Below the pieces are notes generated by a model. The model searched no databases. It saw only the letters and a program-made list of their open reading frames with translations, and had not been told where the DNA came from. Below are positions 10,997 through 21,500 of a DNA stretch of 43,397 bases, piece by piece (within the stretch, counting starts at the first letter, position 1; each line of letters begins with the position of its first letter). This DNA is from Nemertoderma westbladi (taxonomy: Eukaryota > Animalia > Xenacoelomorpha), in contig JAUCBJ010002802.1 in assembly GCA_032718475.1 (NCBI GenBank), positions 1 through 43,397 of the forward strand. Reading direction: 5' to 3'. Position numbers and translations under genes: made by a program.

Positions 10997-13383
10997 ATGA
11001 CTGAGTTATGGTGGCCCTGAACCGCCACTGCAAGAAAAAAAATAAATCTAAAGCAAAACAACTTGTCCAAACGAGATGTGGTATACAACAACTCGTCTGG
11101 ACGAGATGTTGTATGTAAACAAACTCGTCCGGACGAGATGTTGTAGCAAGAACTCGTCCGGACAAGTTGTTGTAGCAACATCAACAACTCGTCTGGACAA
11201 GATGTTGTAGCAACAACTCGTCCGGACGAGATGTTGTAGCAACAACTCGTCCAGACGAGATGTTGTAGCAACAACTCGTCCGGACAAGATGTTGTAGCAA
11301 CAACTCGTCCGGACAAGATGTTGTAGCAACAACTCGTCCGGACAAGATGTTGTAGCAACAACTCGTCCGGACGAGTTGTTGCTACAACAACTCGTCCGGA
11401 CGAGATGTACAATAGTATGTAAATATATGTTTATACTGTATAATAATGGGTAATTGTTTATACTGGGTAATTTATGAGTGGAGGCCTATTGTAGGTTGTC
11501 ATCTTATTACCATCTTATAAAACATCTGGTCCGGACGAGTTGTTGTTACAACATCTCGTCCGGACGAGTTGTTGTTACAACATCTCGTCTGGACGAGTTG
11601 TTGCTAAAACATCTCTTCCGGACGAGTTGTTCACATACAACATCTCGTCCGGACGAGTTGTTCACATACAACATCTCGTCCGGACGAGTTATTAACATAC
11701 AACATCTCGTCCGGACGAGTTGTTCACATACAAAATCTCGTCCGGACGAGTTTTTGTACACCACATCTCGTCTGGAAAAGTTGTTTTACTTTAGATAATT
11801 TTTTTTTCTTGCGGTGGCGGTTCAGGGCCACCATACTGAGTTGATAGAAGATGATCTTGGTATCAGGGAGCGATATACTTTACCGTTGCAAGCGTTTGTG
11901 GATAGCTTGATACGCGGCGACGCTAGTCCAACTACTACGGAGGACGATGGTCGTTATATCGAACCGCCGATGTCCCAGGAGCAACTTACGCGTGAATTGG
12001 ACTATAGAAAATTCACCGCTCGCTATACGCATCGTAATGGTACGTGTATGGACTTCTTAACTACTGGCCATCCTATCGATTTACACGATACGGACTATGT
12101 TGACACCAAAAGGGAAATGGTACTATTTAAATATCCTACCCAGCGGAGTCGGAACGATAAACTGAAAATCGAATGCGAAAATCCTATTCGAAATCGACTC
12201 GAAAGAGAAGACGTTAAAGAACCTGATAAACGTGGTAACTCCAACGTATATTTGGAATTCTTGAGAGAAACATTGTAAAACCGAATAAATATCACCCTCG
12301 TTTCCCCTACAAGACGTGCGTCTTTGGTATTATTGCGATGAATGCCCAAGACCCAACAAACAAACGGAAAGACATAAACATCCATGGAGACATTGCTTTA
12401 AACGCGGTTTTACTCACTATATTTACGGGAGTTTCGAGCGAAACTTGTTCGATGTATCACCTACGCTCGCTCGATTCAAACGATCCTTAAATAAACCTAT
12501 GATCAGAGTTCCGGAATACTCAGTCAGACCTCCTCATTCCCTAGTTAGACCTCAGACTCTTGATCCTAATAGTATCACGGATCCCCCTGAACTGTACTCA
12601 CTGTTCAAAGATCTAGTGTTACCCGAACAGTTAGTCGGTGGCACTCCGGTTGTGGGCTCCCTAAATATTCGCCCATCTTACCTAGTCGGATTGGGACGCG
12701 GACATCTAATATCGCCATTCAACCGTATCATCGTCCCGGTTTAACCCGATACAACCTGTCACCGAGGCAGAGGAGAGAGCTGTACGAAATGCGTTGGACA
12801 CTATTCGTCAAAAGATCGGAAAAGGAACCTACAATTGTTTAGAGAAACGTAAATTGTAGCAGCAAGTCCAAGTGGTAAACGAATTAGCTTTATATCAGTT
12901 CGATCGGGAAATCCAGAATCTCTAAGAAGATATCGAACTTGGACGACCCTACACTCTAAACGAGTTTTAGACGAATGCTTCCAATGACAAGCGGAGGAAA
13001 ATCAGCTCGAGGAGAAGCATATCGATTTCGACAGAGCCCGAGAACTCGAGTTGGAAAGAATCATCAAACCGAGGAAATTTCTCACTACATACGGTCCACC
13101 TACCGCTATCGTTCAGACGACTCGTCAGGGACCAGTAGGAGCTGCTGTCCTAAGACGCGCTCTAAAGGCCGTTAGACCTCGCTCCACTGAAGTTGATATC
13201 GATCAACCAGGTACCTCGACCGGCGGATACACCGACCGTAATCCTAAACCTTCTGATGCAATTGTATTGCACCCTTCACCCAGGAGTTATAGCCCTCCTA
13301 GTAAAGTGGCTCGCCCCAAAGAGAAAAGGTCTCTTGCTAGCCTCAAAAAACTGCGTAAACGCCGTCCTCGCAAGAAAGACTAA
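10997..13383 (+). pseudogene. Disrupted intron-less orphan reading frame, interrupted at codon 4 by the foldback element
   Basis: Removing the element and one TSD gives ATG ACT GAG TTG ATA GAA (MTELIE...), continuing into ORF 11814-12278. Same-strand ORFs 12316-12744 and 13051-13383 follow, ending in basic KKLRKRRPRKKD. No family recognised. Confidence 0.45.
11007..11835. mobile_element. Foldback-type non-autonomous DNA transposon, IS3EU-like termini
   Basis: TIRs TATGGTGGCCCTGAACCGCCAC... / ...GTGGCGGTTCAGGGCCACCATA; 6-bp TSD CTGAGT at 11001-11006 and 11836-11841; arms built from 29-31-bp palindromic CTCGTCCGGACGAG units. Confidence 0.92.
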
Positions 13384-14729
13384 CTGTTTAGAGTATTTTT
13401 ATATTTTAGAAACTGTGATTTTTTATATTTTATAGAATTAAATCCCATTTTCTGGGAGCGGTGTAAAGGCTTTTGCGGAATTAGCTAGTCATTTTCCCCG
13501 CAAAGTACTCTGTAGGTGTTTTAGCAGACATAAAAAGCCGTTTCCTTACTGTACCGGTGTTTTAGTGGACATAAAAAGCCATTTCTTCTGTATGTGTACT
13601 TTAGCGGACATAACTAGCGATTTTATGTCGCAATACGCCAAAATACTCTTGATACATTTTAGTTCAGATGACGACATCTATCAGCTGATATGTCCACGTG
13701 TAACTTTTTCTTTGTTCTTTGTTCGGTCGACCAATCAGAGCGATTTTCATTTTATTTGTACAGAAACCTCCGGGAAATCGCGCAATGCATTATGGTTTAT
13801 GTTTACCTTTTTTCCTAAGCCTAGAACACCGGCTGTGGAATTATTCTGTGTTTCAGACTTTAGCCAAACATTAGAACGGCTTTGATTATAGAAACGTATA
13901 ACTGTTATTCTATCTACCACTTATCATATCATAACTATACGTACCTTTCACCGCATTATTTTACTGCTATTTACTGTCGGTTATTAATTGTATCAGTTGA
14001 TGGAATATTGTTATATTTGGAGAATATCGATAAATAATCAGAAAACCCCAATCTTCTCGATATACTGAAGGTTAGAGAGACCGGTTACATATAGCAATTG
14101 CGACTTACATTATAGTGGTTTTGGAGTGAATCTAATGCTATTTCATAGGCACTACATGTGTCGGTTGCTGTTCTCCTTATATATGATTAAAATTAGTGAA
14201 GGTCGGCAGATCGGTGTGCAGCATTGTGCGGTAGTGTGCATGAGTGTGATAGATAACAAAGCATCTCCTAAAGAATGCGCTTTATACGTGAATCATTAGC
14301 CATCCCGTTGTGTTTAGTGTAAGTCATAACTCTGTTTACATACTTAGAGCGCCACGTCCTAAAGGAACTGTTGATATTTCCCGAAAGTGAATAATATTTG
14401 TCAGAGATTATATATTAACGATCAATCGAATAATACAGTAGGCCTACACCGCAATAAGGTCAGAGCATCCGAATCCAGTCTCCCGGGTAAATCCAGCGGG
14501 TGAATGGTCGCGCATAGGCTGGCTTCGGCTAATGTAGTGCATCAAATACATCAGCACAATCTGAGAGTGATTCACACATTTCAGGACGTTTAGTATCTGG
14601 TGATTCATTTAAGTAGTCAGTACCCAACTCACTGATGCTTGGGAGGCAGTGTGGTTTCTTCCTGGAGAAGTACTTCTTAAGATCAGCTGATCAGGTGTAT
14701 CAGCTGATCAGCTGGTCAGTGTTCCGGGT

Positions 14730-15398
14730 GTAGGAAATTCGGCTTTTCCAAGAATAGGATATCTGGTTTATCAGCTTTCACTAGCAAGCCAGATTTCCGT
14801 AAATGGTGATAATTCCACATTTCTCTTACGTAATTCAGCAACCGTTTGAATAGGTCCATATACACATACCGGATCAGTTCTGTATGGATCCGATTAGAAG
14901 TAGTGATGACACTTTAATAGTAGTTTGCGGCTATAACCATCAATGCATCCGTGAAGGGCGAGTCCATAGTTTTTCAACTCATCCCACCCGTCCACATGGT
15001 GATGTTGAATACAGTTTGGTCCTAATGCGTAATAACTGCGACGTACTGTACTACTTTGTTCCCAATGCGATCGGCAACAAGTTGCCGATTTAACATTTTT
15101 TGTATGAGTGCTACTACTGTAATTCTTCACGTGCAAATAAACCGTACTTTCGAAGTAGAATCCTCTTCATTTGGCGGTAGCCACACGACGGCTCTCGAGA
15201 AATGGCGTTTATGATCAGGTTAATATTATCAACATCACACCTCTTCTTCAAATTTACGTCAAACAATAGGCGACGGACAGTTCGCGATGAAATCCGAATT
15301 AAATGTCTCTCATTGAGCAATCTACTGATTTCTAAGTGAGTATACCCTAAAGAATAATCCGTTAATGTCTCGTTTAAATGTAGCATACTCATGGTCAT
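14730..15398 (-). pseudogene. Decayed IS3EU-type (IS3/integrase-core) DDE transposase
   Basis: HTH-like ISSRTVRRLL and GYRQM; RRSYYALGPN..HHVDGWDELKNYGLALHGCIDGYSRK; frameshifted C-terminal IHTELIRYVY...WNYHHLRK...KPDILF. Confidence 0.8.
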
Positions 15399-15454
15399 TT
15401 CTCACAATGCTATACACAGTTCAGTTCAATCTGTTTACAGTAAAGTAGACATAT

Positions 15455-15796
15455 TCGTGGGGTCTTCGCGCAGCATGAAGTGAGCAAAGCCTTTAGCATA
15501 TGGGTACCATTAGCGAGTTGGCTGTCGTTAGTCAGAAGTCTTCAACACAATACTCGTCCTCCTCTTGTGCCACGTTGCGTTAGTTCGTTTTTGACGAAAC
15601 ATCAGATTCTTTCTAAACTTTTGACGGACTACATAGATACCAAGTTTCGTTTAATTTCATCAAGGAATAACCGAGTTATTAGTGATCAAAAATTTACGAC
15701 GACAGACGACGACGACAGACGACGACGACGACAGACAACTCGTTAATGGCACCCATATGCTAAGGCTTCGCTCACTTCGTGGCTCGCCCCACACGA
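15455..15796. mobile_element. MITE-like element with ~60-bp imperfect TIRs and an internal (GAC)n/GACA microsatellite
   Basis: gaagtgagcaaagcctttagcatatgggtaccattagcgagttg versus caactcgttaatggcacccatatgctaaggcttcgctcacttc; microsatellite ~15697-15735; TSD not identified. Confidence 0.75.
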
Positions 15797-15910
15797 CAGT
15801 TCAAAGGTCAATATGCTGTATGTAGGCTAGGTGAATTCCGCTACCGGTACTTAGCGCGTTCGATCCGATTCGTACGTGCGTTTCTCGACAGTTAAGGCCA
15901 AGTCTGCTTG

Positions 15911-17838
15911 TTGAAAAGAGTAAAATTATTGAAAAAGGTAAAGAGTAAAATTATTAAAAAAGGTAAAGAGTAAAATTATTGAAAAAGGTAAAGAGTAAAA
16001 TTATTTGGAAGGTAAAGAGAAAATGATTGAAAAAGGTAAAGAATAAAATTATTTGGAAGGTAAAGAGTAAAATTATTTGGAAGGTAATGAGTAAAATTAT
16101 TTGGAAGGTAAAGAGAAAATTATTGAAAAAGGTAAAGAATAAAATTATTTGGAAGGTAATGAGTAAAATTATTTGGAAGGTAAAGAGAAAATTATTGAAA
16201 AAGGTAAAGAATAAAATTATTTGGAAGGTAATGAGTAAAATTATTTGGAAGGTAAAGAGAAAATTATTGAAAAAGGTAAAGAGTAAAATTATTGAAAAAG
16301 GTAAAGAGTAAAATTATTGAAAAAGGTAAAGAGTAAAATTATTTGGAAGGTAAAGAGAAAATGATTGAAAAAGGTAAAGAATAAAATTATTTGGAAGGTA
16401 ATGAGTAAAATTATTTGGAAGGTAAAGAGAAAATTATTGAAAAAGGTAAAGAGTAAAATTATTGAAAAAGGTAAAGAGTAAAATTATTGAAAAAGGTAAA
16501 GAATAAAATTATTTGGAAGGTAATGAGTAAAATTATTTGGAAGGTAAAGAGAAAATTATTTGGAAGGTAAAGAGTAAAATTATTTGGAAGGTAAAGAGTA
16601 AAATTATTTAGAAGGTAAAGAGAAAATTATTTGAAAGGTAAAGAGTAAAATTATTTGGAAGGTAAAGAGTAAAATTATTGAAAAAGGTAAAGAGTAAAAT
16701 TATTTGGAAGGTAAAGAGTAAAATATTTGGAAGGTAAAGAGTACAATTATTTGGAAAAGGTAAAGAGTAAAATTATTTGGAAGGTAAAGAGTAAAATTAT
16801 TTGGAAGGTAAAGAGAAAATTATTTGGAAGGTAAAGAGTAAAATTATTTGGAAGGTAAAGAGTAAAATTATTTGGAAGGTAAAGAGTAAAATTATTGAAA
16901 AAGGTAAAGAGTAAAATTATTTGGAAGGTAAAGAGTAAAATATTTGAAAGGTAAAGAGTACAATTATTTGGAAAAGGTAAAGAGTAAAATTATTTGGAAG
17001 GTAAAGAGTAAAATTATTTGGAAGGTAAAGAGAAAATTATTTGGAAGGTAAAGAGTAAAATTATTTGGAAGGTAAAGAGTAAAATATTTGGAAGGTAAAG
17101 AGTACAATTATTTGGAAAAGGTAAAGAGTAAAATTATTTGGAAGGTAAAAGAGTAAAATTATTTGGAAGGTAAAGAGAAAATTATTTGGAAGGTAAAGAG
17201 TAAAATTATTTGGAAGGTAAAGAGTAAAATTATTTGGAAGGTAAAGAGAAAATTATTTGGAAGGTAAAGAGTAAAATTATTTGGAAGGTAAAGAGTAAAA
17301 TTATTTGGAAGGTAAAGAGTAAAATATTTGGAAGGTAAAGAGTAAAATTATTGAAAAAGGTAAAGAGTAAAATTATTTGGAAGGTAAAGAGTAAAATATT
17401 TGGAAGGTAAAGAGTAAAATTATTGAAAAAGGTAAAGAGTAAAATTATTTGGAAGGTAAAGAGTAAAATTATTTGGAAGGTAAAGAGAAAATTATTTGGA
17501 AGGTAAAGAGTAAAATTATTTGGAAGGTAAAGAGTAAAATTATTTGGAAGGTAAAGAGTAAAATATTTGGAAGGTAAAGAGTAAAATTATTGAAAAAGGT
17601 AAAGAGTAAAATTATTTGGAAAAGGTAAAGAGTAAAATTATTTGGAAGGTAAAGAGTAAAATTATTTGGAAGGTAAAGAGTAAAATTATTTGGAAGGTAA
17701 AGAGTAAAATTATTTGGAAGGTAAAGAGAAAATTATTTGGAAGGTAAAGAGTAAAATTATTTGGAAGGTAAAGAGTAAAATTATTTGGAAGGTAAAGAGT
17801 ACAATTATTTGGAAAGTAAATTATTTAATTAAGGTAAA
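15911..17838. repeat. 24-bp satellite GGAAGGTAAAGAGTAAAATTATTT (23/25-bp variants)
   Basis: About 1.9 kb tandem array. Confidence 0.97.
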
Positions 17839-18111
17839 ACGGAAAAGGCTGCAAATCAACACCTTAGATTTTAAAAGTTTTTACGTAGTACTAATGTACA
17901 AATAGCTACCTAATAGTGAAATATTTCCACAGGAAACACTTATCATACTGTACCATATCAGGTCAGCAGGTACCGACCGTACACTGTCTGACTGAGAAGG
18001 CTGCAAGTTACTGTAGGGTTATACTTTTCAACGTATGCCGTACGTATCCACGTATCTATAAATTACATTGAGCGATTTCACATACGCGTTTGCATACGCG
18101 TAGACGAATAC

Positions 18112-18247
18112 GGGTGCGGGTCGATTCGCCCCTCAAACTTTTCGCCCCAAGTCGATTCGCCCCACATTTTAGGGACATATGGACCTGGGGCGAATCGACT
18201 TGGACAGTTGACTGATTCGCCCCACCTTCCAAGTCCATTCGCCCCAG
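18112..18247. mobile_element. Fragment of a TTCGCCCC-motif MITE
   Basis: Several (ga)ttcgcccc copies plus an inverted ggggcgaatcgac. Confidence 0.6.
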
Positions 18248-18377
18248 AGGATATTATTGAATTATTACTAATATTCTTTTTAGGTACAATGTCACAGTAT
18301 TAGAAAGTGCTGAAATACCATATGATGACCAGAGGTTCACCATATCAATTTGTTTCACATGTAATTCAATATGTATG

Positions 18378-18432
18378 CTTCTAGATTGGAGGTCCCGGGT
18401 TCGAACCCTTGCCGAGCCACAAGAGTTGCCTT
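18378..18432 (+). mobile_element. tRNA-derived SINE head fragment
   Basis: B-box-like ggtcccgGGTTCGAACCC; no A-box or cloverleaf. Confidence 0.5.
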
Positions 18433-19817
18433 TGCCTATGAGAGTTGCAACTGTTACATGTGAGTCACGGGATTCAATATATTGAAGCTTAAAAGGAAAG
18501 TAGACAGAAACAACATTTGCTTGATTCACCGTATCAATTTGTTTCACATTATAAGCTCCTGAGAAAATATTAAAAAGTATTGGTACAGTAACAAGATTTC
18601 CTAATAATTGCTGTAGTCAAGTAATGTCAGTGTCAGTCGGTTTAGATCAGTACATATAGTGAATTTTATTTTCAGTGAGTGCCGTTCAGCCGTTTTATTT
18701 CTTCAGCGGACTTCGGTCAGTGAGTTGAGCTGTTGCGCAGTGTTGAGTACGATTATAGATAGTATGATTGAGTACGAATATAATTATTTTAATCATTTTA
18801 TATGTGGATATTTTATTATTTAGAAATTAAAATAGCTAATAAATCAATTAAAAATAGGTTAATTAATTAATTAAGTAATTCAAGTACAGTAGTAAAAGAT
18901 ATTAGCCGCAAAGATATACAATTATAAGGAATATACGGAATTATATATACAGTAGGATATATATAGGAATTATAAGGAATTAACGCACTTACAATACTAA
19001 ATTAAAAATATACACCGTCCTGGAATATAGTATCGTAATTCTGGTACATGGAACCCCCTACTTTACAAATCTTAATGAGATTGCATGAAATTTGAAACAG
19101 AGTTAGTCTGGCCTGCGCGCGCCCAGGTCGACTCGCTCCCACCACCCCCCCCCCCCCCCCCCCACCCTACGCAACGCCACTGCCACTGGGGAATAGTATT
19201 CCAAATCGTACAGTCAGACAGTATCTCTGTGATGTGTTTCCATAATTTTTTCGGCTTTTTAGCATATTAAGCTGTATGTACCGGTCATGGGCTCTGCTAC
19301 TCTGTGTCGAATCTAATTTAACTGAGACCTAAGCGTTTTGCCGGGCTGTAGCGATTCTACTGTAATTTAATTGCTTTTAAAGGCGTTTTGCATGACATTT
19401 CTCTCGTCTGCTCGTACCGGTATCTCATCTGGACCAATCAGCAGGAAACAGTATTCGACTACGCGTATGCATATGCGTATGTGAAATCACTCAATGTAAT
19501 GTATAGATACGTGGATACGTACGGCATACGTTGAAAAGTAAAACCTGCAAGTTACCAGTTACTGCAGTAATGTAGGTAGGTAGGGTATACTGACTGTACT
19601 GTACAGAATCTACTTTCATTCTTAATTACTGAATTAATAGGCCCTCCCTACAGCCGGTGTAAGCACCACCGCCACCGACAGGGTTTTAGTCAGACAGAAA
19701 AGTTAGGCCTATAGGTAACTGGGTAAGGCTGTACCTCTCTGCCTGTAAGGCGTCCATCTTTACGTACCGGTATCATGTGTGTTTGTCTGTTTGTGTGTCG
19801 GTCGGTGTCATGTGTGG

Positions 19818-20420
19818 CCAGGCTGCAAATCACCACTGCAGCACTGAACCGCGCACAACGCTGCAACGCCTGGGCACAATTTTTCAGCCGCGCAATATTG
19901 GACAATACAGCAATAGGCGAATAGGCCTATCAGCCTATACCGCGCATGCAGCGAAAAAAACGCGCACACCACCTGACCACATTTTAACCAAAAAAATCGA
20001 AAAACATACCTGCATACAGGCATACGCGCAGACGCGAGCGAAGCGAGCAAATTAACAATGCAAAATGAAAAAGAAACGCGTGCAAAACTCAAAGTGAGTG
20101 AAATTTAGACATTTGAGCAATCTGACAATGCAAAGAAGCGACTGAGCGAGCGAAATTTTTTGTGGCAAATTATTTTTCTCACTTTGCATGCATGTAAACC
20201 TTTTACACCTCATCCACCTGTCCGCGCACTTCTGCACTTTATGACTTTTTATTTTTTTGCACAGATTACTGCGCACTTTTGTTGTCTTTCACATAATTTC
20301 GCGCACTTTTATTTAAATTCCACGCGCTTTTACCATTTACCGCGCACTATTTGGGTGTATTTCAAATACGCGCACAACGCTGCAACGCGTTGCGATTTTT
20401 GCACTTCATTTGCAGCCTGG
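19818..20420. mobile_element. hAT-like MITE
   Basis: 13-bp perfect TIR CCAGGCTGCAAAT / ATTTGCAGCCTGG; 8-bp TSD ATGTGTGG / ATATGTGG (1 mismatch); GCGC-rich subterminal motifs. Confidence 0.85.
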
Positions 20421-20691
20421 ATATGTGGTGTTTATGTTTAGGCCTATGTCTATCGAGTAAAATATCTCTCACATATGCATGGCTCAATGGGTCATTGCTG
20501 CATGGAACCAAAGAAACTGAATCCAACTCTGCCAACTGTTTAGCTGATTAGATTTTCCACATATCACAATCCACCAACCTGACCTCAACTGAACAAGACC
20601 ATACAGCCATATATCGTACCGATACAGGTATAGGGCCTACAGGTTGTTGTAAGTCGGAACGAATTGACCCACCAGCCTCCCAACGACGACG

Positions 20692-20868
20692 ATGGTTTCT
20701 GCTTTTATCTCTCGGCTTGTTGTTCTCTTTTTGGGAACTTTATACCCTTCCTACGCCTCGTACAAAGCTATACGTTCTCGCGATGTCCGGCAATACATCA
20801 AGTGGATGATGTACTGGATTGTATTCGGACTGTTTACATTGACCGAAGTTACACGCTCTATCTCTTAG
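20692..20868 (+). pseudogene. REEP: Receptor expression-enhancing protein (REEP1-4 subfamily, TB2/DP1/HVA22) N-terminal fragment or first exon
   Basis: Translates [53 protein letters not shown], matching the REEP1-4 start I recall ([27 protein letters not shown]...YVKWMMYW). Similarity ends near codon 53; stop at 20866-20868. Confidence 0.85.
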
Positions 20869-21500
20869 GTCTCATCCACTGTCCTATTGACGAGTTCGCC
20901 ATTACGTGCCATGGGAAATGGGTTGCTTATCAGGAAGCTAGCTGTGACTTTTATCAGTATTTCTGGATTGGGATTCCAGGTTTCGTACTTCGATAATTGT
21001 ATTAACTTTGCCTATCTGTCAAATTGGCCGTAAAAAAGAGATAGTAGCCCATCTGCGTTTCCTTACGGCTTATTCGAGGCTTTAGGGACCAGATTCTTAG
21101 TTTTTTATTGGTGTTATAACAAAAAGTTATATGCTTGGATATAATTTTAGCTACAGTTAGTCAGATTGGATGGCAACAACTTCGCACTAAATTTTTAGCT
21201 ATATAGTCTGATTGATTACCTGCGGCAGTCTAGGGAAAACTAAGAATTCGACCCAAACGGATGTTTATGCCATTGGCTAAGTTGGGAGGAGCAGATCCAA
21301 TGGTGTTCTACATATTGAGCAACTGAAAGCATTGGTAAGGGAGACAATTTCGCACACTTTATCTATTTACTTATTAGTCGCGGTTGAGACTGCGGGAGAT
21401 ACAACAAATAAACGAATAAAACAATGGATGAAGTTAAATAAAATAAAATGTTCGATCATTGTTTACACACACTTTATCTATATAACCATTAATAATATAA

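Larger units (their letters stand above)
18017..19545. mobile_element. Non-autonomous DNA transposon with ~95-bp TIRs
   Basis: ggttatacttttcaacgtatgccgtacgtatccacgtatctata...cgaatac (18017-18111) is the reverse complement of ~19451-19545 with few mismatches. Confidence 0.85.

Noticed and set aside
10984-11798. CRISPR-like palindromic repeats and Cys-rich ORFs
   Set aside because: Units are head-to-tail with no unique spacers, lie inside a TIR/TSD-bounded element, and there are no cas genes.
13440-13900. Possible transposon end with repeated ttttag(c/t)(a/g)gacata motifs
   Set aside because: No partner TIR or TSD found, so it is not called as an element.
18378-18432. tRNA gene
   Set aside because: Only the T-arm/B-box part is present; treated as a SINE fragment.
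20664-20996. 110-aa ORF in the track
   Set aside because: Out-of-frame shadow of the REEP frame.
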